From NCBI GenBank assembly GCA_945885485.1, contig CAMCYT010000001.1:1-47218 (forward strand): 47,218 bases of DNA, given 5' to 3'. A model generated the notes under the pieces. The model did not search any database. It was given only the letters and a program-made list of their open reading frames with translations, and was not told the DNA's origin. The stretch is from Prosthecobacter debontii. Lineage in GTDB: Bacteria > Verrucomicrobiota > Verrucomicrobiia > Verrucomicrobiales > Akkermansiaceae. How positions within the stretch are numbered: the stretch's first letter is position 1; the number at the start of each line of letters is the position of its first letter. The position numbers and the translations under genes are program-made. This document shows positions 39,205 through 47,218 of this stretch, in pieces.

Positions 39205-41181
39205 CTATTTTTTCACAAGCGTCTTGAGATGATCGATGACGCTCATGTCGTCGAGGGTCGTGACGCTGCCAGAAATGACGCCGGTGGTGACGAGTTCTTT
39301 GAGGAGGCGGCGGATGATTTTCCCAGAGCGGGTTTTTGGCAGGGCGGGAGTGAAATAGACATCGTCGGGTTTGGCGATCGCGCCGATCACTTTACCGACG
39401 TGATTACGGAGTTCGTTTTCGAGAGCAATGTTAGAATCGTAACCCATTTTTAAGGTCACGAAGCAGGCGACTGCCTGACCTTTGAGATCATGCGGACGAC
39501 CGACGACGGCTGCCTCTGCAACGGCTGGGTGAGCAACGAGGGCGGATTCGATTTCCGCGGTTCCGAGGCGGTGGCCGGAAACGTTGAGCACGTCATCGAG
39601 GCGACCGATGATCCAGAAATTGCCTTTTTTATCGCGGCGTGCGCCGTCGCCAGCGGTGTAGATTCCTGGATAATCCGAGAAGTAGGTTTTTTTGAACCGT
39701 GCTTTGTCGCCATAAATCGTGCGGGTCATGGACGGCCATGGTTTACGAATCACGAGGCGGCCATCGACGTTCGGTGGGCATTCCTTTCCAGCATCGTCGA
39801 GGATGGCGGCATCGATTCCGAAGAACGGGCGGGTCGCGGTTCCGGGAATGCAGGTGGTTGCGCCGGGGATGGGTGAAATGAGGATGGCACCGGTTTCGGT
39901 TTGCCACCAGGTATCGACAATCGGGCAGCGGCCGCCACCGATTTTTTCGTGATACCAGTGCCAGGCTTCTGGGTTGATCGGTTCGCCGACCGAACCTAAC
40001 AAGCGCAGCGATGAGAGATCGTGATTTTCAGGAAACGCGTCGCCGGCTTTAATGAAGGCGCGGATCGCGGTTGGGGCTGTGTAGAAAATGGTGACGCGGT
40101 GTTGCTCGATCATTTTCCAGAAGCGGCCGAAGTCTGGCTCGTTCGGCGCGCCTTCATACATGACTTGGGTCGCGCCGTTGGCGAGTGGCCCGTAAACGAT
40201 GTAGGAGTGGCCGGTGATCCAGCCGACATCGGCGGTGCACCAGTAAACATCTTCATCGCGCATATCGAAGATGTATTTGCAAGTGGAGTAAGTGCCGGTG
40301 AGGTAACCGCCCGAAGTATGAAGAATGCCTTTGGGTTTTCCGGTGGAGCCAGAGGTATAGAGGATGAAAAGCGGATGCTCGGAATCGAATCCTTTCGGCT
40401 CGTGTTTCGCGGAGGCGGAGGCCATTTCATCGTGCCACCAAAGATCGCGCTTCGCGTCCATAGAAACTTCATTTCCGGTGCGATTGACGACGAAGATGTT
40501 TTTGACCTTCTTGTATTTTTTCAGCGCTTCATCGACGGCGGGTTTGAGCGCAACGATTTTTCCGCGACGCCAGCCACCATCTGCGGTGATGACGGCGGTT
40601 GCTCCGGAGTCTTCTAGACGATCGAGGATGGCTTCTGAAGCGAAGCCACCGAACACGACGTTGTGCACCGCGCCGATGCGGGCGCAGGCGAGCATGGCGA
40701 TAGCGGCTTCGGGAATCATCGGCATGTAGATGAGCACGCGGTCGCCGGCTTTCACTCCGCGAGTGAGGAGGACGTTGGCGAATTTGCAGACTTCGCGGTG
40801 GAGCTGCGAGTAGGTGATCGTACGGGTATCACCGGGTTCGCCTTCAAAAATGATCGCGGCTTTGTTCGCGCGCGGGCCTTTCGCGTGGCGATCTACACAG
40901 TTTTCCGCGACGTTGATTTTCCCGCCGGTAAACCATTTCGCATCCGGGCATTTCCAATCGAGAACTTTGGTAAAAGGCTTTTGCCAATGAAGCTCTTTTG
41001 CCTCGGTTGCCCAAAATTTTTCCGGTTTCTCGATGGAGGATTTATAAAGCTTTTCGTAGGCGGCCATGGAACCGATGCGGGCCTTTTTCGAGAACTCTGC
41101 GGAAGGCTTGTAAGAAGCGGTCAGAGCTGCGCTGTGATCGGAAGTTTGTTGTTTGGCGGATTTGGATTTTTTGGAACTCAT
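39205..41181 (-). CDS. acs: Acetyl-CoA synthetase
   Basis: [54 protein letters not shown]. Confidence 0.96.
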   Translation of the reverse strand: MSSKKSKSAKQQTSDHSAALTASYKPSAEFSKKARIGSMAAYEKLYKSSIEKPEKFWATEAKELHWQKPFTKVLDWKCPDAKWFTGGKINVAENCVDRHAKGPRANKAAIIFEGEPGDTRTITYSQLHREVCKFANVLLTRGVKAGDRVLIYMPMIPEAAIAMLACARIGAVHNVVFGGFASEAILDRLEDSGATAVITADGGWRRGKIVALKPAVDEALKKYKKVKNIFVVNRTGNEVSMDAKRDLWWHDEMASASAKHEPKGFDSEHPLFILYTSGSTGKPKGILHTSGGYLTGTYSTCKYIFDMRDEDVYWCTADVGWITGHSYIVYGPLANGATQVMYEGAPNEPDFGRFWKMIEQHRVTIFYTAPTAIRAFIKAGDAFPENHDLSSLRLLGSVGEPINPEAWHWYHEKIGGGRCPIVDTWWQTETGAILISPIPGATTCIPGTATRPFFGIDAAILDDAGKECPPNVDGRLVIRKPWPSMTRTIYGDKARFKKTYFSDYPGIYTAGDGARRDKKGNFWIIGRLDDVLNVSGHRLGTAEIESALVAHPAVAEAAVVGRPHDLKGQAVACFVTLKMGYDSNIALENELRNHVGKVIGAIAKPDDVYFTPALPKTRSGKIIRRLLKELVTTGVISGSVTTLDDMSVIDHLKTLVKK

Positions 41182-41199
41182 GGTGTGCAGTGGGGATGC

Positions 41200-41228
41200 A
41201 GACTAGAGAGCAGATTGCAACTGGGCAA
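41200..41228 (-). promoter_or_regulatory. Putative sigma70 promoter of acs
   Basis: Minus strand TTGCCC-N17-TAGTCT, 18 nt upstream of the ATG. Confidence 0.45.
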
Positions 41229-41262
41229 TGCCATAGTGAAGGGTTACCGAGCTGGTTTTTGG

Positions 41263-42090
41263 TTACTGTTCCGCGCGCTTTTCAAGTTCACCACGCAGGC
41301 CCCCTGGGCGGTCTGTGATAAGAAAATTCACACCACGTGTCACCGCTCGCGCCGCGGATTCAGGCGTGTTTATCGTCCAACTGGCGAGTATTTGATTTTC
41401 CCCAGCTATTTTGGAGAGCCATTTCGCTGGGATCGACTCTTGTTCTTTGTATGCCAATCCCTGGGAACCGCTGGACTTGATGATCTCGAGGTATTTGTCC
41501 GCTTGGCCGGTTTTGTTGAAATCGCTGAGCGCGTGAAGCAAGCAAGCGCGGTATTCAGGCATGATTTCCCGGCATTTTTTGATCACATTAGCGTCGAACG
41601 AAATGAGAACCACGCGGGTTGAATCGGCTTTTTTCAAGCGAAGGATTTCCGCAATGGGCTGGACGATTTTATCGGTATCTTTGATCTCTAGAAGAAACCA
41701 TTTTTCCTTGGGTAGTTCATCCAGGACATCACCTAGCAGGGGAAGGGGCTCGCCTTTGAACTTCGGATCTTTCCATGATCCGTATTCTAGCTTACGCAAT
41801 TCCGCGAGCGTGCTTTTTCCCACGGGCAAATTTTCAGATCCGGTTCTCTTGGTGTCTTTATCATGGATACAAACGATCTGGCCGTCTTTGCTCAGGAAAA
41901 AGTCCCCCTCAATCCCATCCGCACCCTGCTGCCACGCCAAACGAAACGCCGACATGGTGTTCTCTGGCGCGTCATGCGACGCACCGCGATGCGCGATGAA
42001 TTTCGGAAGCTCCAGCGCAAGGGATCCACACATGGAAATCGCGGGACGCGCGATGCCTAATATAATACGACCGAAGAGCTGAGGAAACAT
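41263..42090 (-). CDS. Glycerophosphodiester phosphodiesterase family protein
   Basis: IAHRGAS..APENT, ADGIEGD, CIHD, LEIK, WTIN, ITDRP. Confidence 0.9.
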   Translation of the reverse strand: MFPQLFGRIILGIARPAISMCGSLALELPKFIAHRGASHDAPENTMSAFRLAWQQGADGIEGDFFLSKDGQIVCIHDKDTKRTGSENLPVGKSTLAELRKLEYGSWKDPKFKGEPLPLLGDVLDELPKEKWFLLEIKDTDKIVQPIAEILRLKKADSTRVVLISFDANVIKKCREIMPEYRACLLHALSDFNKTGQADKYLEIIKSSGSQGLAYKEQESIPAKWLSKIAGENQILASWTINTPESAARAVTRGVNFLITDRPGGLRGELEKRAEQ

Positions 42091-42193
42091 AAGTTGTTTA
42101 AGATGCTATGTTTCCCTTACGGGTTTGCACATCATGGTTTTTCGCCCATTTTCACCTTTCCCATCCTTCCTTTCAGGCGTAGATATAAGCATC

Positions 42194-42511
42194 ATGAAAT
42201 TCATCTATCTCCTTCTGCCTGCTTTGTTCCTTGTTTCTTGTAAGACTGAGAAAAGCGAGAAAGCTCCAAGCGCAACTCCGATTGATGTGACAGAGACAAA
42301 GCCCGCCGCATCTGAGTTTGATGTGAAAGATGCGACTTCGCTGGTCGGCAAAAAACTGGAAGCTGTGCAGCCAGCGCTGGAGGCGGCGGAGATTCGTTTT
42401 CGGGTGATTGAAAAGGATGGTGAACCGCTTATTATGACGATGGATTACATCGAGGACCGTTTGAATTTCAAAATCAAAGCCGGGGTGATTGCCGAAGTTT
42501 CCAAAGGATGA
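42194..42511 (+). CDS. Lipoprotein with peptidase-inhibitor I78/I13-like C-terminus
   Basis: LVSC lipobox; MTMDYIEDRLNF...VSKG matches the T.DY...R reactive-loop pattern. Confidence 0.65.
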   Translation: MKFIYLLLPALFLVSCKTEKSEKAPSATPIDVTETKPAASEFDVKDATSLVGKKLEAVQPALEAAEIRFRVIEKDGEPLIMTMDYIEDRLNFKIKAGVIAEVSKG

Positions 42512-42523
42512 AATGCTATGCGC

Positions 42524-43321
42524 TTAGGCGCTTCGGAGTTTTGGAATCGATGCGAGTAAGCGCTTTGTGTATGCATCTTTCGGTGAGTGAAACACTTCGC
42601 CTGCGGGGCCGACCTCGACGATTTTCCCCTGATACATCACGGCAATGCGATCCGCGATGTAATGCACCACGCCGAGGTCGTGCGAGATGAACACCATGGT
42701 CAGGCCGAGATTGCGCTGCAGATCTTTGAGGAGGTTGAGGATTTGGGATTGGATGGAAACATCGAGGGCGGAAACTGGTTCGTCGGCGATGATGAGTTTC
42801 GGCTCCGGGGCGAGCGCTCTGGCAATGGCGATCCGTTGGCGTTGGCCGCCGGAAAATTCATGCGGGTAACGTTTCATCTGACTGGCGTCCAAACCGACGG
42901 TTGCCATGAGTTCGGAAACTTTTTTTTCTAACTCCGTGCCTTTCATTTTCAGATGACGTTGGCGAACGGCCTCGGCGATGGTGGAGAAAACCGTCATGCG
43001 CGGATTGAGTGAAGCGTAGGGATCTTGGAAGACCATCTGGAAATCGAGGCGACGGCGGCGGACTTCGGAATGACTGAGGAGCGAAAGGTTTTCGCCATCT
43101 AACACAATCGACCCAGCGGTTGGGCGTATGAGCTGCATCAGCGTCCGGGAGAGCGTCGATTTTCCGCAGCCCGATTCCCCAACTAAGCCAAGGATCTCAC
43201 CTTTCTGAATTTCCAAAGAAACGCCATCGACTGCTTTGATGGTTTCTTTTTTAGAAGAGAGCATGCCTCCGCTGGCTTTCACGAAATGCTTTTCAAGATT
43301 TCTGATTTCCAAATACGCCAT
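42524..43321 (-). CDS. Oligopeptide ABC transporter ATPase (OppF/DppF-like)
   Basis: GESGCGKS, FQDPYASLNPRM, RYPHEFSGGQRQR, DEPVSALD; start ATG 43321. Confidence 0.92.
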   Translation of the reverse strand: MAYLEIRNLEKHFVKASGGMLSSKKETIKAVDGVSLEIQKGEILGLVGESGCGKSTLSRTLMQLIRPTAGSIVLDGENLSLLSHSEVRRRRLDFQMVFQDPYASLNPRMTVFSTIAEAVRQRHLKMKGTELEKKVSELMATVGLDASQMKRYPHEFSGGQRQRIAIARALAPEPKLIIADEPVSALDVSIQSQILNLLKDLQRNLGLTMVFISHDLGVVHYIADRIAVMYQGKIVEVGPAGEVFHSPKDAYTKRLLASIPKLRSA

Positions 43322-43388
43322 GCGAAGGAATGAAGCAGGAGCAGCACCAATCGGCAACGAAGTTCGTAAAGTCGAATCAAGGTTTCGG

Positions 43389-43548
43389 TTTTCACCGCAG
43401 AGGCGCAGAGGTCGGAGAGGGACGCAGAGAATTTGAATTGGGTAAAACATGAATCCTCACGACTCAAAGTTGGATCATCTTAAATATATCAGTTCACTGA
43501 ATTTCTCCTCCGCGATCCTCTCCGATCTCTGCGCCTCTGCGGTGAAAA
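43389..43548. repeat. Intergenic element with 9-nt tandem-repeat inverted arms (CGCAGAG type)
   Basis: TTTTCACCGCAGAGGCGCAGAGGTCGGAGAGG (43389-43420) vs 43517-43548: 31/32 inverted match; AT-rich spacer. Confidence 0.85.
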
Positions 43549-43557
43549 TCTCCCAAA

Positions 43558-44268
43558 CTACTTCGTATCCCCGCCGAGGAGCATTTTGACTTCCTTGGCG
43601 TTGAGGACTGCCCAACGGCCGGTTTCGAGATCGCCAAGCCAAAGATTTCCGATCCGCACGCGGAGCAGTTTGGTGACTTGGTAACCGAGAGCTTCGAACA
43701 TCACGCGGATCTGGCGTTTCGCGCCGTGGTCTAGAACGACTTTGAGGCGCCGCGCGGAAATCCGCTCGATGCGTTTGGCCTTGAGCTTGCCTTCCTCGGT
43801 GAAAACACCGGCGAGGAATTGATCAAGATGCGCGTTTTCGAACGCTTGGTTCGAGGTTACGAGATATTCTTTTTCCACCGATTTCGATGGATGCATGAGT
43901 TGCTGGGAAAGGTCACCATCATTGGTGAGAATCAACATGCCTTCGGAATCGGTATCGAGGCGGCCCACGTGATGGAGGGCGTGCAGCGAGACGGGAAGGA
44001 GGCTGTAAATCGTATCGCGGCCAAGTTCGTCGTTGCGAGTGCAGACATAACCACGCGGTTTGTGGAAAATGACGACGATCTCTTCTTTCGGGAAAACCCG
44101 TTTGCCATCGACGCGAACGCTATCGGTTTCAGAAACGCGGGTGGCGAGCTTGACGCAAGGCGCGCCGTTGACTTCGACCCGACCAGTTGCAATCAAATCA
44201 TCGCAGGCGCGACGTGATCCAACCCCACAAGAAGCAAGATATTTGTTGAGACGGACTCCCTCGGACAT
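43558..44268 (-). CDS. Pseudouridine synthase with S4 domain (RluB/RsuA-like)
   Basis: RLNKYLASCGVGSRRAC, HKPRG, VGRLDTDSEG, RQIRVMF. Confidence 0.9.
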   Translation of the reverse strand: MSEGVRLNKYLASCGVGSRRACDDLIATGRVEVNGAPCVKLATRVSETDSVRVDGKRVFPKEEIVVIFHKPRGYVCTRNDELGRDTIYSLLPVSLHALHHVGRLDTDSEGMLILTNDGDLSQQLMHPSKSVEKEYLVTSNQAFENAHLDQFLAGVFTEEGKLKAKRIERISARRLKVVLDHGAKRQIRVMFEALGYQVTKLLRVRIGNLWLGDLETGRWAVLNAKEVKMLLGGDTK

Positions 44269-44328
44269 GGTGTTATAAAATTTCCGTGGGTTTCACACGG
44301 AGGCTGGGAGTAAGGAAATGACGAAGAA

Positions 44329-44484
44329 TTAGCCTTCGTGCTTGGTCTTAGGAAGACCGATAGGGGATTTACCCTGTTTCCATTCGCCACGCTCTTTAAG
44401 AAGCTTCACGCGCTCGAAACGTTTAAGGACGGAGCGTTTGCCACCGACGGTGGTGTTTGATTTAAGTGAGTTGTGCTTGGACAT
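44329..44484 (-). CDS. PVC-superphylum small basic signature protein (51 aa; below ORF-track cutoff)
   Basis: Translated by hand: MSKHNSLKSNTTVGGKRSVLKRFERVKLLKERGEWKQGKSPIGLPKTKHEG*. Confidence 0.9.
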   Translation of the reverse strand: MSKHNSLKSNTTVGGKRSVLKRFERVKLLKERGEWKQGKSPIGLPKTKHEG

Positions 44485-44515
44485 CTTGAGGCGTGGTTAG
44501 ACGGTTGGGGCGCGG

Positions 44516-44544
44516 AAGCTATGGTGCTTTTTCTCCAGTGGCAA
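44516..44544 (-). promoter_or_regulatory. Putative sigma70 promoter of the small basic protein gene
   Basis: Minus strand TTGCCA-N17-TAGCTT. Confidence 0.5.
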
Positions 44545-44677
44545 TGCGAAAATAGCGGAATTTTTTAAAAAAATGATCCGTGGCATTTTGGGGCATTAAA
44601 ATCCCCGCCAGCGCCCAACGCATCGGTGTTTGGTCTACCTCGCGCATGGGCGATCCGGTCAAAGAGGCAAAGCTATT

Positions 44678-44742
44678 TTTACCCTAGAAACAGAAATGGA
44701 ACCACAATGGCCATTGTGATTCATTTTCTTCTCTAGGATAAA
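44678..44742. repeat. 65-bp imperfect palindrome with no spacer, centred on two fused GAACCACAATGG arms
   Basis: TTTACCCTAGAAACAGAAATGGAACCACAATGG|CCATTGTGATTCATTTTCTTCTCTAGGATAAA. Confidence 0.75.
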
Positions 44743-44760
44743 TTAAAAAACATTCCGTAT

Positions 44761-45042
44761 CTATTCTGAGATGCGGTTGTGGAAGACTTCGTAAATCCAT
44801 TTTCTGGGTCCGGCGAATACGCAGGTGATGGTTCTTTTTTCATCGATGAGTTGGTATTCAAAAATGACTCGGTTTGAGCCGACGCGGAGACGATTGAAGC
44901 CTTCGAGTTCGTCGCAGAGTGCTTTGATGTCGCCTTTTTCTTGAGCGAGTCCTTTGATCGCTACTTTCAACGCGTGCCTCGGCTGGGGTGCTAGGAGCTT
45001 GAGGTAATCGAGAACTTCTTGCTGGATCCGGACTGGGATCAT
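44761..45042 (-). CDS. Type II toxin, RelE/ParE family
   Basis: GDIKALCDELEGFNRLRVGSNRVIF...FAGPRKWIYE; ATGA overlap with antitoxin. Confidence 0.8.
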   Translation of the reverse strand: MIPVRIQQEVLDYLKLLAPQPRHALKVAIKGLAQEKGDIKALCDELEGFNRLRVGSNRVIFEYQLIDEKRTITCVFAGPRKWIYEVFHNRISE

Positions 45043-45287
45043 AGCGAATCGAGAGCGGAAAGTTCGTGATAACTCGCTTTGCCAGAGCGGTGCTTACGAA
45101 TCGCGGTCATCGCTTTCGGGTCGGCTAGAAGCTCCATGGTTTCGGCGATGGCCTCCATGCGATCCATGGATATCAAGACTGCCACAGCGCGACCTTGCTT
45201 GGTGATCGTCACGGGATGATCCGCCGCTTCATCGACCACAGCGGAGAATTTCTGCTGTGCGGTTTTGATCGTGTAGGAATCAGACAT
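45039..45287 (-). CDS. Type II antitoxin, Phd/YefM family
   Basis: TIKTAQQKFSAVVDEA..HPVTITKQGRAVAVLIS..ETMELL. Confidence 0.85.
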   Translation of the reverse strand: MSDSYTIKTAQQKFSAVVDEAADHPVTITKQGRAVAVLISMDRMEAIAETMELLADPKAMTAIRKHRSGKASYHELSALDSL

Positions 45288-45310
45288 AGAAAAAAGGTAT
45301 CCTTTTTTCT
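45288..45310. promoter_or_regulatory. Palindrome immediately upstream of the antitoxin, probable TA autoregulatory operator
   Basis: AGAAAAAAGG-TAT-CCTTTTTTCT perfect 10-bp inverted repeat abutting the start codon. Confidence 0.5.
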
Positions 45311-45344
45311 GGAGAAAGGAATACCTAAATTTCTCCTGTTTGTC

Positions 45345-46727
45345 CTAGAAATGGATCGCGTGGCCTTCCGCGGCGAGCGTGGCTTCGTGAATCACTTCCG
45401 ACATGGTTGGGTGGGCGTGGATGGTCGCGTGGATGTCATCGATGGTGAGTTCTTGATCGAGGGCGAGGCCCATTTCAGCGATGAGCTCAGTGGCGTTGTC
45501 ACCAATGATGTGTGCGCCGAGTAGCTCACCGTGTTTTTTGCCGTAGAGGAGTTTGGTGAAACCTTCGATTTCAGAAGCTGCAACAGCTTTGCCAATTGCG
45601 GCGAACGGGATTTTTCCGACCACGTATTCGATGCCCTCTTCTTTAAGCGCACGTTCAGTTTTGCCAACCGAAGCGACTTGTGGATGGCAGTAAGTGCAAC
45701 CCGGGAAATTCGTGACTTTGCGTGGTTTGTAGCCATCGACAAACAGGCCATCGACGCATTGGAACGCCTCGAAAGATGCGACGTGAGCTAGCCATGGTGG
45801 GCCGTTGATATCGCCGATCGCATATACGTTCGGGAGATTGGTTTCGTAGCGATCACCGATTTTGATGTAACCGCGATCCGTGAGTTCAGGTTGGGTGCCG
45901 CTTGGAAGGACTGGTTGGATGCCGATGGCGACGAGGCAAACCTCTGCGGAAAGCGTGCCATTTTCTTTCGGGCCTTCGACGGTGATTTCGACGCGATCAC
46001 CAAGATCTTTCGTCGCGGTGACCTTGGTGTTGGTGAGGCAGCGAATGCCTTGCTTAGTCAGAGATTTTTCAAGTGCCTCACCCACTTCGGTGTCTTCCAC
46101 AGGAAGGATGTTTGGAAGCATCTCGATGATTGTGACCTTGGTGCCAAAGGCATTGTAGATGTAAGCGAATTCAACTCCGATCGCGCCGGCGCCGATGATG
46201 ATCATTTCCTTCGGTTGCTCGGCAAGAACCATGGCTTCTTTAGAGCCGATGACGGATTTACCATTAAATGGAAGCGGGGGAAGTGGGCGAGAGACACAAC
46301 CCGTTGCGATGATGATATGTTGGCCTTCGAGAACTTGTGTCGTTCCATCAGCTGCGGTCACGCCGACTTTGCCTTCGCCTTCGACCGATCCGTAGCCACG
46401 AATGTAGTCGACTTTGTTTTTCTTAAATAAGAATTCGATGCCACCAGCGAGCTTGTCGGAAACTTTACGTGATCGGCCGATCACAGCGGACCAATCGTAG
46501 GACAGCCCTTCGATTTTGAGACCCATTTCGCCAGCTTTGTGTGTGAGTGTCTGATAGAGCTCGGCGTTTTTCAGGAGAGCCTTGGTTGGAATGCAACCCC
46601 AGTTGAGGCAGGTTCCTCCAGCGCGGTCTGCTTCGACGCAGGCAACTTTTTTTCCATGTTGAGCCGCGCGGATTGCAGCGACATATCCGGCAGGGCCGCC
46701 ACCAATAACAATGAGATCGTAAGCCAT
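45345..46727 (-). CDS. lpdA: Dihydrolipoyl dehydrogenase
   Basis: GGGPAGY, GGTCLNWGCIPTK, GAGAIGVE, HAHPTMSE. Confidence 0.96.
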   Translation of the reverse strand: MAYDLIVIGGGPAGYVAAIRAAQHGKKVACVEADRAGGTCLNWGCIPTKALLKNAELYQTLTHKAGEMGLKIEGLSYDWSAVIGRSRKVSDKLAGGIEFLFKKNKVDYIRGYGSVEGEGKVGVTAADGTTQVLEGQHIIIATGCVSRPLPPLPFNGKSVIGSKEAMVLAEQPKEMIIIGAGAIGVEFAYIYNAFGTKVTIIEMLPNILPVEDTEVGEALEKSLTKQGIRCLTNTKVTATKDLGDRVEITVEGPKENGTLSAEVCLVAIGIQPVLPSGTQPELTDRGYIKIGDRYETNLPNVYAIGDINGPPWLAHVASFEAFQCVDGLFVDGYKPRKVTNFPGCTYCHPQVASVGKTERALKEEGIEYVVGKIPFAAIGKAVAASEIEGFTKLLYGKKHGELLGAHIIGDNATELIAEMGLALDQELTIDDIHATIHAHPTMSEVIHEATLAAEGHAIHF

Positions 46728-46753
46728 AATGTTTCTAAAAGTGAGTCGCGGGA

Positions 46754-46782
46754 AGAGTGATAGCCCGTGGCGGGATTGTCAA
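46754..46782 (-). promoter_or_regulatory. Putative promoter of lpdA
   Basis: Minus strand TTGACA-N17-CACTCT. Confidence 0.4.
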
Positions 46783-46827
46783 AGAGTGAAACAGGAGAAA
46801 AATAGGAGTAATCAAAAAGAAAATGCG

Positions 46828-46971
46828 AACCGCGAATGAACGCGAATGGACGCGAATAAGATCATTTCTTCCATTTATAAGGCTTCCTAAAAAAACTTCT
46901 GTTCCAGAATACGATTACGAGAATGATTCATATTCTTCAAAATTCGCGTTCATTCGCGTTCATTCGCGGTT
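46828..46971. repeat. Intergenic element with 10-nt tandem-repeat inverted arms (CGCGAATGAA type)
   Basis: AACCGCGAATGAACGCGAATGGACGCGAAT (46828-46857) vs ATTCGCGTTCATTCGCGTTCATTCGCGGTT (46942-46971): 29/30 inverted match. Confidence 0.88.
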
Positions 46972-46990
46972 AAAATTCTAATCAGATTGC

Positions 46991-47218
46991 TCAGATCAAG
47001 CTGTCCAGCCAAGCGAGCATTTTTTTCCGATATGCTCCATCATCCCGCGAGAGTGCATCGCCGTGGTCGCCATCTTTAACCTCGAATAACGTTTTCGGCT
47101 CGTTTGCGAGATCGAAGAGTTGCCTGCCTTGGGCAAACGGGACGACCGAATCTTTCTGGCCGTGAACAATCAGCATCGGTGTGCCGTTGATTTTCGAAAT
47201 GAAATCTTTGGGTGAAAA
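46991..47218 (-). CDS. Alpha/beta hydrolase, C-terminal part (truncated by window edge)
   Basis: PMLIVHGQKDSVVP and DGDH carry the catalytic Asp/His; frame open to the edge. Confidence 0.8.
   Translation of the reverse strand, partial: FSPKDFISKINGTPMLIVHGQKDSVVPFAQGRQLFDLANEPKTLFEVKDGDHGDALSRDDGAYRKKMLAWLDSLI

Noticed and set aside
43322-43450. N-terminal extension of the OppF-like ORF
   Set aside because: Translation of the repeat arm (LCVPLRPLRLCGE); the ATPase begins at MAYLEIRNL

Overview
Chromosomal window from a Verrucomicrobiota bacterium (PVC-superphylum small basic signature protein at 44329-44484; Luteolibacter-like assignment is inference). 1-12.7 kb is a co-directional, uncharacterised biosynthetic-looking operon: PQQ-type beta-propeller, non-canonical HemN-like radical SAM enzyme, chorismate-lyase-like protein, flavin-dependent halogenase-like enzyme, GT4 glycosyltransferase, thioesterase, membrane protein, aryl-CoA ligase and a MacB/FtsX-type ABC exporter split by a toxin-antitoxin pair. 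The rest is mostly housekeeping (tRNA-CAT, serS, sdhCA, phoU, carB, acs, two pseudouridine synthases, lpdA), plus an autotransporter bracketed by two diverged copies of a pseudouridine synthase 3' half and a second TA pair. Unexplained non-coding structure: a family of small intergenic elements with tandem-repeat inverted arms (one encloses a four-helix-bundle gene), a pseudo-tRNA whose loops carry 17-nt CCCCGA-N5-TCGGGG hairpins, a REP-like hairpin inside carB, and an over-represented CTAACAG/CTGTTAG motif embedded in coding sequence on both strands. All counts and alignments were done by eye.
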